Assembly (NCBI GenBank): GCA_964449285.1
Contig: CAYUZX010000001.1
Span: 67,819 to 131,818, forward strand
Direction of reading: 5' to 3'
Length of the DNA: 64,000 bases
Source: an uncultured Prolixibacteraceae bacterium
Lineage (GTDB): Bacteria > Bacteroidota > Bacteroidia > Bacteroidales > FEN-979
Under the pieces are notes generated by a model that saw only the letters and a list, made by a program, of their open reading frames with translations, was not told the DNA's origin and did not search any database. The translations under genes were made by a program, and so were the position numbers. Positions 35,520 through 45,430 of the stretch are shown in pieces (positions within the stretch are counted from its first letter, which is position 1; each line of letters starts with the position of its first letter).

Positions 35520-36347
35520 TTATTCCGCAGCTTCTGTCTTCGGGCCCTCTTTGGTATAATCTATTTCAGAGCCGAGAACGCTGTGAGGGACCATATAGAC
35601 AACAAACAGGACTATGGCCGCAGCAACAGCCCATCCCTTCTTCTCTCTCTTCCATATCTGATATATAAGAGCTACGATCCAGAAGATAAATGCTAGCAGC
35701 GATTTATTGTCGGTGAGGTCATGTCCGAATGGCCATCCTGTCCAATAGGCATCAAACGCATATTTCTGGATCACAGGACCGAGGATCATGCCTCCCAAAG
35801 CCAGGAAAATCACAGTGAGCCACGTATAGAGATAGGAGTATTTTAATTTGAAGATTACTTCGAAAGCGGTCCTGGTGCTGAACAGCATAGCCAGGAAGAT
35901 GGTGATGATATGCGTGAATAACACGCCACGTGGCACGAACCCTTTGAATCGGATGATAGCCGGTTCTTCATTAAGCAGGTAACTCCTTCCATCTTTTATC
36001 AACGTTACATGATACATCACTTTCCCAGCCATCTCCTGATGAGGGATGTAGCCGACCAGATTTTCACCTTGACGTTCCATGGATTTGGTATTCCATTCAT
36101 CATGGCTTTTATATCGTTTTAATTTCAGCTCTCCAGTTATATCAGGATCGGAAATTTTGATCATGATAGGAGCATCATCATTTCCATCGTATGTACGAAT
36201 AAGCATGTATTTATAAGGCTGACCATCAATCATAGTTTTCCCGCGAATTTCATAGGTCGGACCAGTTGTACGCTGATAGTAACCGGCAGCAACTGTGATT
36301 AAAAAAGCAAACACCCAAAGAAAAAAAGATTTCAGTTTCGGACTCAT
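35520..36347 (-). CDS. Membrane protein of unknown function (N-terminal extracytoplasmic domain plus about four TM segments)
   Basis: Long ORF with coding-like composition; no family recognised. TAATTTTG box 4 nt upstream of the ATG. Confidence 0.5.
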   Translation of the reverse strand: MSPKLKSFFLWVFAFLITVAAGYYQRTTGPTYEIRGKTMIDGQPYKYMLIRTYDGNDDAPIMIKISDPDITGELKLKRYKSHDEWNTKSMERQGENLVGYIPHQEMAGKVMYHVTLIKDGRSYLLNEEPAIIRFKGFVPRGVLFTHIITIFLAMLFSTRTAFEVIFKLKYSYLYTWLTVIFLALGGMILGPVIQKYAFDAYWTGWPFGHDLTDNKSLLAFIFWIVALIYQIWKREKKGWAVAAAIVLFVVYMVPHSVLGSEIDYTKEGPKTEAAE

Positions 36348-36392
36348 ATCTCAAAATTAAATAGGTATATAATTTTACGTTTGCAAAAGTAA

Positions 36393-39335
36393 TCAATTCC
36401 CAATTTCTTTTTCGAGGATCTCATACATCTTCTGGTGGATGGTTGTGCGAATATTCATCCGGGAAATTTTTGAATTGGCGGCATCAGGGTAAATCCTGTT
36501 TGATAGAAAGACGTAGATCAGCCCGTTTGCCGGATCACCCCAAATATAGGTGCCTGTAAAACCAGAGTGGCCGAAACTGGTTGAAGATGCTGACTGGCAG
36601 GTTGGGCCGTTGGGATCGTATTCAGTCATCGGTTTGTCGAATCCCATGCCCCGGCGGCTATCTTTGCCCGGAAACTGCTTCCTGGTGAACTCCAGGATAG
36701 TGGATGGGAGCAGGTATTGTTTGCCTCCGTACTCTCCGTAATTCATCAGCATCTGAAGGATCACTGCCAGGTCGAAGGCATCACTGAATAATCCGGCATG
36801 ACCTGAAACGCCACCAAGCATGGCTGCGCCCGGATCATGCACATCTCCACGGATGACCTGTTTGCGGAAGAGCGTATCATTTTCTGTAGGCATGATCCTG
36901 GTGATCGGAATCTTGTCCAGTGGATGAAAACCAAGTGTGGTCAGCCCTAACGGGCGGTAGAAGGTGTTTTCAAGGTATTCGGGGAAGGATTTTCCCGTTT
37001 TTCGTTCGACCAGTTTCTGTAACAGGTAGAATCCGAGGTCGCTGTATTTATACTCTTTTGTATGCCGGAGTTCTGATTTGATGATCCATGTAAAAATGCT
37101 GTCATAGTAATCCCGTTTCATGTAGAGATCTTCAGCTACCCGAATAGGGTAAAAAGGAGAAAAGATGGTATCGTAGATCTGCCTATCCGACAAACTATCC
37201 CCGATCGTTAATTGATAAAATGGGATCCAGGCCTGAAGTCCGGCCTGATGGGCCATCACTTCTCTGATAGTGATCCGCTCTTTATCCGTACCCCTCAATT
37301 CGGGAAGGTGGATGGAAAGCGGATCATCCGGATGAATCTTTCCCTCCTCATAGAGTTTCATCATGGCGAGTGTTGTGGCTGCCAGTTTCGTCAGGGATGC
37401 AATATCATAAAGATCTGTTCTGGTCACGCAGGTTGTATCCTCGTAGGTGGGATTTCCGAAGGCTTTATAATAGAAAATTTTCCCATCTTTTGCGAAGAGA
37501 ACCTGGCAACCAGGATAGGCCGCAGAGTCGATGCCATTGATGACCAGGCTGTCGATGGAGGCAAGGTCTTCAGATGGAATACCGAGCTCTTCCGGGACTA
37601 CGAATTCGAGCCGTGATTTCTCTAATCTCACCCCGATGCCGGATCTGAATCCATCAGCAGTGACTGGCAATTCGCCATCAGCAGCAACACCTCCGAAAAT
37701 TATCTCTGCTGCAACTTCTTCTGCTTCAGGCTGATCCTGGTATGTGACCACGATTGCTTCCAGGTTGGAGCTGTTCTTAAGGGATTGGAGGAGGTATGGG
37801 TTACCAAAGATAGACAGGATGGATCTTTTTTTTCGGCTAATGTCACCGATGAAATTAAAAACCTGGTCAGGATTTCCAAACTGGTTGGCTGGATAGAGGT
37901 TATTTTTATGGAGTCCCATAATGATGATGTTATATGGGGCTAGTTTCTGTAAAAGTTCGTCGAACTCTTCTGATGATGCCTGTTTTGATATTTGAAAATG
38001 GGTTATCGGTGCATACCAGCTGAGAAATTCCTGAAATGGAGTGAGTTGCGTTTCACCGATAGAGACACTGGCTATCTGGCGGCGCTGGAGGAGGGTCAGT
38101 GGAAGGAGGTTGCTCTCGTTTCTGGCCACTGTGATAGCCGATTTGTAGATCCTGCTGGTGATTCCCATGGAGGAGGCCGGATTCAGTTCGGCTGTGAGGT
38201 TTTCGAGCGCTACCGGTTGGTAAAAATCGAATCCCAGATCAAATTTGAGCCGGAGCATCTTGAGACATCGTTCGGCGATGACCGTTTGTGGGATGACTCC
38301 CTCATCGACTGCTTTACGAATTGAGTTCACGGCTAAAGATACATTCCTGGGAAGCAGGAGGATATCGTTCCCAGCCAGGAGCGCTTTCACTTCGATCTCC
38401 CCAGGGGGAAAGAAACTGGTTACCCCTTTCATGTCGAGGGCATCAGTGATGACCACTCCCTGAAAGTTCATCTCTTCTTTCAGGAGGTTGGTTACAACAG
38501 CAGGAGAGAGGGTAGAGGCTAGGTTTGGAGTAGTATCAAATGCAGGCATGTAAAGATGCGCGATCATAATGCCGCTGATACGGTTTTTAATCACCTCCCT
38601 GAAGGGATAGAGTTCAACTGACTCCATCCTCTCTTTAGGGTGGTGGATAACGGGCAGATCCCTGTGGGAGTCGGTGTCGGTATCACCGTGGCCCGGAAAG
38701 TGCTTTGCGACTGCAACGATCCCGCTATTCTGCAACCCTTTCATGTAACTTACCCCTTTCCGGGCCACGGTGATAGGGTTTTCTCCGAACGATCTGAAAT
38801 TGATCACCGGATTCTGCGGGTTGTTGTTCACATCCACCACCGGAGCAAGGTTCATATGGATACCCATCCGTTTACAATCCCGGGCGATAGCGGCAGCCAT
38901 TTCATAAGTCAGAGAATCATCCCGGCTTGCTCCAAGGGTTATCTGAAAAGGAAAATCGTGGACGCTATCTAGCCGCATCCCTAATCCCCACTCGGCATCG
39001 ATGGCAATCAGAAGTGGGGTCCTGGCTTCCTGTTGCCACCTGTTCGTAAGTGTTGCCTGGGCAACCGGACTTCCCTGGAAAAAACAGACTCCACCAATAT
39101 TATACGTTCGTATTAGGTCGGCCATGCTGTCATTGTATAAGTTGTCGCGGTTGGAGTAAGCCCTCACCACCAGAAGCTGGGCAATTTGTTCGTTGAGTGA
39201 AAGGGATCGAAATACAGAGTCAACCCACTCCTCTTTCCTGATTGTATTGTGATCGAGAGATTGATCTGCCTTGCCGGAGCTGATATCTTGGTGAAAGCCA
39301 AGAAGAAGGAGAATGAGGATGCTTAAAATTTTCAT
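36393..39335 (-). CDS. GH3 beta-N-acetylhexosaminidase (NagZ-like) fused to a serine hydrolase / beta-lactamase-family domain
   Basis: Signal peptide, GH3 motif KHFPGHGDTDTDSH and a C-terminal SxxK motif (ASLTKLAA). Confidence 0.85.
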   Translation of the reverse strand: MKILSILILLLLGFHQDISSGKADQSLDHNTIRKEEWVDSVFRSLSLNEQIAQLLVVRAYSNRDNLYNDSMADLIRTYNIGGVCFFQGSPVAQATLTNRWQQEARTPLLIAIDAEWGLGMRLDSVHDFPFQITLGASRDDSLTYEMAAAIARDCKRMGIHMNLAPVVDVNNNPQNPVINFRSFGENPITVARKGVSYMKGLQNSGIVAVAKHFPGHGDTDTDSHRDLPVIHHPKERMESVELYPFREVIKNRISGIMIAHLYMPAFDTTPNLASTLSPAVVTNLLKEEMNFQGVVITDALDMKGVTSFFPPGEIEVKALLAGNDILLLPRNVSLAVNSIRKAVDEGVIPQTVIAERCLKMLRLKFDLGFDFYQPVALENLTAELNPASSMGITSRIYKSAITVARNESNLLPLTLLQRRQIASVSIGETQLTPFQEFLSWYAPITHFQISKQASSEEFDELLQKLAPYNIIIMGLHKNNLYPANQFGNPDQVFNFIGDISRKKRSILSIFGNPYLLQSLKNSSNLEAIVVTYQDQPEAEEVAAEIIFGGVAADGELPVTADGFRSGIGVRLEKSRLEFVVPEELGIPSEDLASIDSLVINGIDSAAYPGCQVLFAKDGKIFYYKAFGNPTYEDTTCVTRTDLYDIASLTKLAATTLAMMKLYEEGKIHPDDPLSIHLPELRGTDKERITIREVMAHQAGLQAWIPFYQLTIGDSLSDRQIYDTIFSPFYPIRVAEDLYMKRDYYDSIFTWIIKSELRHTKEYKYSDLGFYLLQKLVERKTGKSFPEYLENTFYRPLGLTTLGFHPLDKIPITRIMPTENDTLFRKQVIRGDVHDPGAAMLGGVSGHAGLFSDAFDLAVILQMLMNYGEYGGKQYLLPSTILEFTRKQFPGKDSRRGMGFDKPMTEYDPNGPTCQSASSTSFGHSGFTGTYIWGDPANGLIYVFLSNRIYPDAANSKISRMNIRTTIHQKMYEILEKEIGN

Positions 39336-39430
39336 GAATGGCGCAGGTTGACGTGCAGTATTGCAAAAATAACGTTTTAAATCTTATCCATTTTTATTAA
39401 CAGCGGACTGGCTGAAAAAAGTAAAAGGTC

Positions 39431-39438
39431 TATCTTTG
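39431..39438 (+). promoter_or_regulatory. -7 box TATCTTTG upstream of tkt-N
   Basis: Exact TAnnTTTG. It overlaps the track's TTG start (39436), which argues for the ATG at 39475. Confidence 0.45.
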
Positions 39439-39474
39439 AAACGTAAGGTTAATTATTTAAATATATCATTTTCA

Positions 39475-40320
39475 ATGTTATCTACCAAAGATTTATCAAA
39501 CATTGCATCACAGGTCAGAAGGGATATCATCCGTATGGTAAATGGTGCATCATCAGGCCATCCGGGTGGATCGCTTGGGGCGGCCGACTTTCTGGTAGCA
39601 CTCTATTTTGCTTTCATGAAGCCTGACCCCAATAAATTCTCTATTGACGGAACTAATGAGGATATCTTTTTCCTTTCGAATGGCCATATTTCTCCAGCAT
39701 GGTATAGTGTTCTTGCACGGTATGGCTATTTTAAACTGGCTGAACTTGAAACATTCAGGAAGCTTGATACCAGGTTACAGGGTCACCCTTCAATCCTGGA
39801 TGAGACACCTGGAGTACGAGTGGCATCCGGATCCCTGGGGCAGGGATTATCTGTAGCACTGGGTGCAGCCATCAGCAAAAAACTGAATGGCGATCCCCGA
39901 ACGGTTTACTGCCTTACGGGAGATGGAGAGTTGCAGGAAGGACAGAACTGGGAAGCACTGATGTATGGTGCCGCCAAAGGAGTTGATAACATAATTGCTA
40001 TCGTCGATTACAATAAAAAACAGATAGATGGCCAGGTTGAAAAGGTCCTTTCCCTGGGAGATTTGAGAGCCAAACTGGAGTCGTTTGACTGGCTTGTAAT
40101 GGAGATGAACGGGAACGACATGGCTGAAATTCTGGAACAGTTGACAGCTGCAAAACAACAATTAAACCGAGGAAAACCCGTTATACTCATCATGCACACC
40201 CAGATGGGTTATGGTGTGGACTTTATGCTCGGTAATCATGAGTGGCACGGTGTACCCCCTAACGATGAACAGGCAGAAAGGGCTCTTGCACAGTTGGAAG
40301 AGACGATGGGAGACTTTTAG
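39475..40320 (+). CDS. tkt: Transketolase, N-terminal (TPP-binding PP) subunit
   Basis: GHPGGSLG and GDGELQEGQNWEA motifs. 281 aa, typical of a split transketolase. Confidence 0.9.
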   Translation: MLSTKDLSNIASQVRRDIIRMVNGASSGHPGGSLGAADFLVALYFAFMKPDPNKFSIDGTNEDIFFLSNGHISPAWYSVLARYGYFKLAELETFRKLDTRLQGHPSILDETPGVRVASGSLGQGLSVALGAAISKKLNGDPRTVYCLTGDGELQEGQNWEALMYGAAKGVDNIIAIVDYNKKQIDGQVEKVLSLGDLRAKLESFDWLVMEMNGNDMAEILEQLTAAKQQLNRGKPVILIMHTQMGYGVDFMLGNHEWHGVPPNDEQAERALAQLEETMGDF

Positions 40321-40360
40321 CAATTACCAACCGGAGAGAACTGGAGGTCGGCATAGCCAA

Positions 40361-40388
40361 TAACGAATGAGGAATTACGAATGATAAA
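40361..40388. repeat. Heptamer array taacgaa tgaggaa ttacgaa tgataaa overlapping the VWA start codon
   Basis: Period 7, read directly. The ATG at 40381 lies across units 3 and 4. Confidence 0.65.
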
Positions 40389-41751
40389 AAAGCCTGTCAC
40401 GGTGCTGTTGTTCCTTTTGTCTTGTGTCATCTATGGCATCGCACAGTCACAGACTGCGAAGGAGATGGATATTCCCAAACCTGTGACGAGGATCCTCTTT
40501 GTGTTTGACGCATCGGAAAGCATGGCTGAGCACTGGCAGAGTGATACGAAATACAGGACTGCCGTTAAGGTGCTTTCTGGAATCCTCGACAGTTTGCAGG
40601 GAAACAAGAACCTTGAGCTCGGGCTGCGGGTTTACGGCCCGAAAAGGGCTCCAGGCCCCGATTGTGAGGCCTCTTTTATCATGGTACCGTTCGGTACGGA
40701 TAATTTCTTGTCAATCAAGTCTGTTCTTGGCGGATTGAGTCCTGGTGGGACTACGCCTATTGCCTTTTCACTTGAGCAGGCAGCTTCGGATTTTACTCCA
40801 TGCATCAGTTGCAGGAATGTAGTCATCCTTATAACTGATGGACTGGAGGCTTGTGGAGGGGATCCCTGCCAGGTTTCAAAGAGCCTTCAGCAAAAAGGTA
40901 TCTTCCTGAGGCCTTTTATCGTAGGGATTGGGGAGGACATACTGACCCAGTTCAATTGCATGGGAAATTACTTCAATGCTGCAAATGAAAAAGACTACAA
41001 GCGTGCCCTTGAAACGATTGTTGCCACAACATTTAAAGAGGCTTCAGCCCAGATAAACCTGTTGGACCGGTTGGGTAATCCTACGCAAACAGATGTTCAT
41101 GTTACACTATACAACACTGTTACAGGTACTGCAGCATACAGCTTCATTCACACATTAAACAAATATGGGCTCCCCGATACGCTTAAGCTGGATCCGTTGG
41201 TGACGTATGATGTGGTTGTCCAAACAATACCTCCGCTGAGAAAAGAAGCGGTTTGGATTGAGCCTGGAAAACATAATGCCATTTCTCTCGATGCGCGTCA
41301 GGGCTTCCTCAGTTTTATCAGTGAAGGGGATCAGATAGTCTCATGCATCGTTCGCAGGAGTGGGACAGGTGAGGCCATCCATGTTCAGCCCAGCAACCGT
41401 AAAGAGAAGTATCTGGCTGGAAGCTACGATATCACGGTATTGACCATGCCAAGGATGAATTTCAACAATGTGGAGATAGAGGCAGATATCTTAACCCAAC
41501 TCAGGATACCTCTAACAGGGATTGTCAACCTAAAACATACGGTGCCAGTAGTTGGTTCAATCTATATGGATACAGGAGGAGAGTTGTTGTGGGTCGATCA
41601 TCTCCTGCCGGATCAGATAGATGAAACAAGGCGCTTTCAGCCAGGGAGTTATGTTGCTGTCTATCGTTTGGAATCATCAGCCCTGCAGGAGGATACAAAG
41701 GAGAAAAGGTTTTCGGTTGAGGCTGGAAGAAAGATAGAAGTAGAATTATAG
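40381..41751 (+). CDS. Secreted von Willebrand factor A domain protein
   Basis: Signal peptide, MIDAS DASESM, ...GGTTPIA..., ILITDG and about 230 aa of C-terminal beta-rich region. Confidence 0.75.
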   Translation: MIKKPVTVLLFLLSCVIYGIAQSQTAKEMDIPKPVTRILFVFDASESMAEHWQSDTKYRTAVKVLSGILDSLQGNKNLELGLRVYGPKRAPGPDCEASFIMVPFGTDNFLSIKSVLGGLSPGGTTPIAFSLEQAASDFTPCISCRNVVILITDGLEACGGDPCQVSKSLQQKGIFLRPFIVGIGEDILTQFNCMGNYFNAANEKDYKRALETIVATTFKEASAQINLLDRLGNPTQTDVHVTLYNTVTGTAAYSFIHTLNKYGLPDTLKLDPLVTYDVVVQTIPPLRKEAVWIEPGKHNAISLDARQGFLSFISEGDQIVSCIVRRSGTGEAIHVQPSNRKEKYLAGSYDITVLTMPRMNFNNVEIEADILTQLRIPLTGIVNLKHTVPVVGSIYMDTGGELLWVDHLLPDQIDETRRFQPGSYVAVYRLESSALQEDTKEKRFSVEAGRKIEVEL

Positions 41752-41757
41752 GGCAGG

Positions 41758-41792
41758 GTAGGATGTAAGATGTAAAATGTAAAAAGTAAAAT
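41758..41792. repeat. Heptamer array gtaggat gtaagat gtaaaat gtaaaaa gtaaaat
   Basis: Five units at 41758-41792, filling the spacer between the VWA stop (41751) and the tkt-C ATG (41796). Confidence 0.9.
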
Positions 41793-41795
41793 CCA

Positions 41796-42758
41796 ATGAT
41801 TAATTACACTAACCTCGGTTCCAAAGATACACGGTCCGGCTTCGGAGAGGCGCTTGTGGAACTTGGCAGGGAGAATGAGAACATCGTAGCTCTTTGTGCA
41901 GATCTTACCGGATCGTTGAAGATGAATGATTTTGCCAGGGAGTTCCCTGAACGGTTTTTTGAGGTGGGAATTGCGGAGGCTAACATGATCGGGCTTGCAG
42001 CTGGAATGACTATCGGAGGGAAGATTCCATTTACGGGCACCTTCGCCAATTTCTCAACCGCCAGGGTGTACGACCAGATCAGGCAATCGGTTGCCTATTC
42101 GAAGAAGAATGTAAAGATCTGTGCATCTCATGCCGGCGTAACACTGGGAGAGGACGGGGCGACACATCAGAGCCTGGAAGACATAGGAATGATGAAGATG
42201 CTCCCGTTTATGACCGTGATCAATCCATGCGACTTCAATCAGACCAAAGCAGCCACTAAAGCGATAGCTGCTCATATTGGCCCTGTTTACCTTCGGTTTG
42301 GCCGCCCCAAGGTAGCTAACTTCACGCCACCGGATCAGGAGTTTGTGATAGGAAAGGCTCTGATGCTGGAGGAGGGGAGTGATGTAACGATCTTTGCGAC
42401 CGGACACCTGGTTTGGAAAGCGCTGGAAGCTTCCAGGATACTTTTTGAAGAAGGCATCCATGCTGAAGTGATCAATATCCACACAATCAAACCGCTCGAT
42501 AACGAAGCGGTATTAGCTTCTGTGAAGAAAACGGGGTGTGTAGTTTCAGCGGAGGAGCACATGCGTAATGGTGGATTGGGCGACAGTATCGCTCAACTCC
42601 TGGTACATCATCATCCGGTACCGATGGAGATGGTGGCAGTAGACGATAAATTTGGGGAAAGCGGAAAACCTGAAGAGCTTCTTGCACGATACGGACTCGA
42701 TACACCGGATATCGTAAATGCTGTCCACAAGGTGATCTCCCGAAAAGCTGATCAATGA
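41796..42758 (+). CDS. tkt: Transketolase, C-terminal (pyrimidine-binding) subunit
   Basis: FFEVGIAEANMIG and GEDGATHQSLEDI motifs. Confidence 0.9.
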   Translation: MINYTNLGSKDTRSGFGEALVELGRENENIVALCADLTGSLKMNDFAREFPERFFEVGIAEANMIGLAAGMTIGGKIPFTGTFANFSTARVYDQIRQSVAYSKKNVKICASHAGVTLGEDGATHQSLEDIGMMKMLPFMTVINPCDFNQTKAATKAIAAHIGPVYLRFGRPKVANFTPPDQEFVIGKALMLEEGSDVTIFATGHLVWKALEASRILFEEGIHAEVINIHTIKPLDNEAVLASVKKTGCVVSAEEHMRNGGLGDSIAQLLVHHHPVPMEMVAVDDKFGESGKPEELLARYGLDTPDIVNAVHKVISRKADQ

Positions 42759-42765
42759 TAGGTTG

Positions 42766-44730
42766 TTACGTGTGTTTTTTCTTTTCCTGGGAAGTCAGAA
42801 GCACTGGAATATCCTTGTCTACGTAAAGAGGAACCGTTTCAATGGTTACGTTACTGGTATCAAGCCCTAGCGCCCGCACTTCACTGATGCCGAATTTCTT
42901 GAAGATAGCATACATATCCATGATAAACTGCTCTTTAGGCGGGAAATCAAAGTCGTAATTCTGTATCCGGTCAATGACGATAAACCGGAAATCACTCATA
43001 ATGTGGAACTTTCTGAGAGAGTCGTATTTACTTACCAGGTCGATTTCATTATTCCGGCTCATCTCCTCTAACACTTGGTGGAAGAACAGGTTCACGCGTG
43101 GTTGCACCTTGAACCCAATCTTGAAATCAACCTTGATCATAATATCAGGGATCAGATGCGTAATCTTGTATTCAAGCACATGTGGTTCATCAAGGATATC
43201 AACATGAAGCAACCAGTATACATCAGCACGCTTTGGTTGCTTGTTAAGCATGGAATAAATGATCTTGGTTTCTACATCTGTTGTCTTATCTGCCTTGGTA
43301 AGAAAAACCAGGTGAGTCGCGCATTTTGGGATAGACTCATCCGTGTGAAGCTCCGTAATGATTTCGGCATAGTTTTCGACTTTGGCAAATTCGATGAAGG
43401 AGTTCTTTATTTTCCGGCCGCTGAACCAGACATACATCACCACAAATAACAAACTGCCGAGCATGAAGGTGAACCATCCACCGTAGATAAACTTATTGAG
43501 ATTTGCAACCAGGAAGGCTCCTTCAATGAAGAGGTAGACAGCCAGGAAGAGAGCGATCAGGTATACTGGCACCTTCTTATAGTACAAGTAAACGCTTAAT
43601 AGAAGGGTAGTCATCAGCATCGTGATGTTGATGGTAAGTCCGTATGCGGCCTCCATATTTGCTGATTTCTGGAAGAAGAATACCACGAAAACACAACAGA
43701 AGTAGAGGATCCAGTTGATGCTGGAGATGTACATCTGCCCTTTGATATTAGTGGGGTAATTAATCTTGATTTTGGGCCAGAAATTCAGGGAGATTGCTTC
43801 ACTGATCAGCGTAAAAGAGCCAGTGATCATGGCCTGACTTGCAATGACGGCAGCAACCGTGGCGATACCGATCCCGAACATCAGGAACCAGGGTGGCATG
43901 ATAGCAAAGAAGGGGTTAGTCCATTCGTTTACATTATCGACATTGATAAGGATCCAGGCTCCCTGGCCGAAATAGTTAAGTAATAGCGTTGTTTTTACGT
44001 AGGTCCATGAGATCCGGATATTTTTCACACCGCAGTGACCCAGGTCGGAATAGAGTGCATCAGCACCAGTAGTACAGAGGAACACAGCTCCCAACAATAG
44101 GAATCCTTCCGGGAAATGAGTCAGGAAATAGTATCCATAATAGGGATTGAGTGCTTTAAGGATCATGGGGTACTGAACGATCTGAATTAATCCCAGTGTC
44201 CCCAGCATCGTAAACCATACCAGCATAATAGGGCCAAATGAGTTGCCAACGACTTTGGTGCCATATTTCTGAATAAAAAATAGTATTGTAATGATAATCA
44301 GTGCAATAGGCACGACTGGAATACGAGGATCGACAATGATTAAGCCTTCAACGGCCGACACGATGGTAATGGCGGGAGTGATTACGCCATCAGATAAAAG
44401 GGTGCATCCTCCAATCATGGCAAAGAGAAAGGCCCATTTGGCTCGTTTCCGGATGAGGGCAAAAAGGGCGAAAATACCTCCTTCACCTTTATTGTCTGCA
44501 CGAAGGGTAATGGTGATGTATTTGATGGTAGTTTGCAGAGTTAGCGTCCATACTACTAGTGACAATCCACCAAGGATGAACATTTCGGAGATTGTATCGG
44601 CTCCATGGATGATGGCTCGCATCACATAAAGAGGGGAGGTTCCTATATCTCCATAAATAATTCCAAGGGTAATGAGTACTCCGGCGGTGGAGGCACCAGT
44701 AATCTGACTTTTATGACCCGAACGGCTCAT
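42766..44730 (-). CDS. kup: KUP/HAK/KT potassium uptake transporter
   Basis: LGIIYGDIGTSPLYV near the N-terminus, 12 TM segments and a cytoplasmic C-terminal domain. Confidence 0.9.
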   Translation of the reverse strand: MSRSGHKSQITGASTAGVLITLGIIYGDIGTSPLYVMRAIIHGADTISEMFILGGLSLVVWTLTLQTTIKYITITLRADNKGEGGIFALFALIRKRAKWAFLFAMIGGCTLLSDGVITPAITIVSAVEGLIIVDPRIPVVPIALIIITILFFIQKYGTKVVGNSFGPIMLVWFTMLGTLGLIQIVQYPMILKALNPYYGYYFLTHFPEGFLLLGAVFLCTTGADALYSDLGHCGVKNIRISWTYVKTTLLLNYFGQGAWILINVDNVNEWTNPFFAIMPPWFLMFGIGIATVAAVIASQAMITGSFTLISEAISLNFWPKIKINYPTNIKGQMYISSINWILYFCCVFVVFFFQKSANMEAAYGLTINITMLMTTLLLSVYLYYKKVPVYLIALFLAVYLFIEGAFLVANLNKFIYGGWFTFMLGSLLFVVMYVWFSGRKIKNSFIEFAKVENYAEIITELHTDESIPKCATHLVFLTKADKTTDVETKIIYSMLNKQPKRADVYWLLHVDILDEPHVLEYKITHLIPDIMIKVDFKIGFKVQPRVNLFFHQVLEEMSRNNEIDLVSKYDSLRKFHIMSDFRFIVIDRIQNYDFDFPPKEQFIMDMYAIFKKFGISEVRALGLDTSNVTIETVPLYVDKDIPVLLTSQEKKKHT

Positions 44731-45392
44731 GAAGTTTTTTTATATTTCCTATTCTCGAGGTATCTTTTTACACCTGCAAAAATCATAGGAAGAATAGATA
44801 CAAAGATAATCCCTAAAATAGCGATGGTAAAATTATTTTTAATCAATGGGATATTCCCAAAGAAATACCCAGCAAGGGAAAAGAGTGTCACCCATAATAT
44901 ATTACCGATAATACTGAAGGATACAAACCGAATGTAAAGCATGGTTCCCACACCAGCTACAAAAGGGGCGAAGGTGCGGATAATTGGCAAAAACCTGGCG
45001 ATGATGATGGTGATCCTGCCGTGTTTTTCATAGAACTTCTGGGTTTGATCCAGGTATTCACGTTTGATAAGTTTGTAGTTGTTCTCATAAACCTTGTGCC
45101 CCAGAAACTTTCCTATGAAGTAGTTGGTATTGTCTCCCAGGAATGCAGCGGTGATGAGCAACGGGATAATCACCCAAACACTTAACGGATTGCCTGTCAT
45201 GGCAGCGATTGTGCCAGCGGCAAACAGCAGGGAATCACCTGGCAGAAAAGGGGTGACCACAAAACCAGTCTCCATGAAGATGATGGCAAAAAGGATCAGG
45301 TAAGTCCAGGTCTGATAGTCACCGACTATTTGCAGCAAGTGTTTGTCGATATGGAGGATAAAATCGAGCAGATACTTCAGCAGATCTAACAT
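44727..45392 (-). CDS. dedA: DedA/SNARE-associated family membrane protein
   Basis: FLPGDSLLFAAG motif and RFLPIIRTFAPFVAG. 4-nt overlap with kup. Confidence 0.85.
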   Translation of the reverse strand: MLDLLKYLLDFILHIDKHLLQIVGDYQTWTYLILFAIIFMETGFVVTPFLPGDSLLFAAGTIAAMTGNPLSVWVIIPLLITAAFLGDNTNYFIGKFLGHKVYENNYKLIKREYLDQTQKFYEKHGRITIIIARFLPIIRTFAPFVAGVGTMLYIRFVSFSIIGNILWVTLFSLAGYFFGNIPLIKNNFTIAILGIIFVSILPMIFAGVKRYLENRKYKKTS

Positions 45393-45430
45393 GCTTTCTT
45401 CGATTCGTAAGGGCGCAAAGTTAAACTTTT

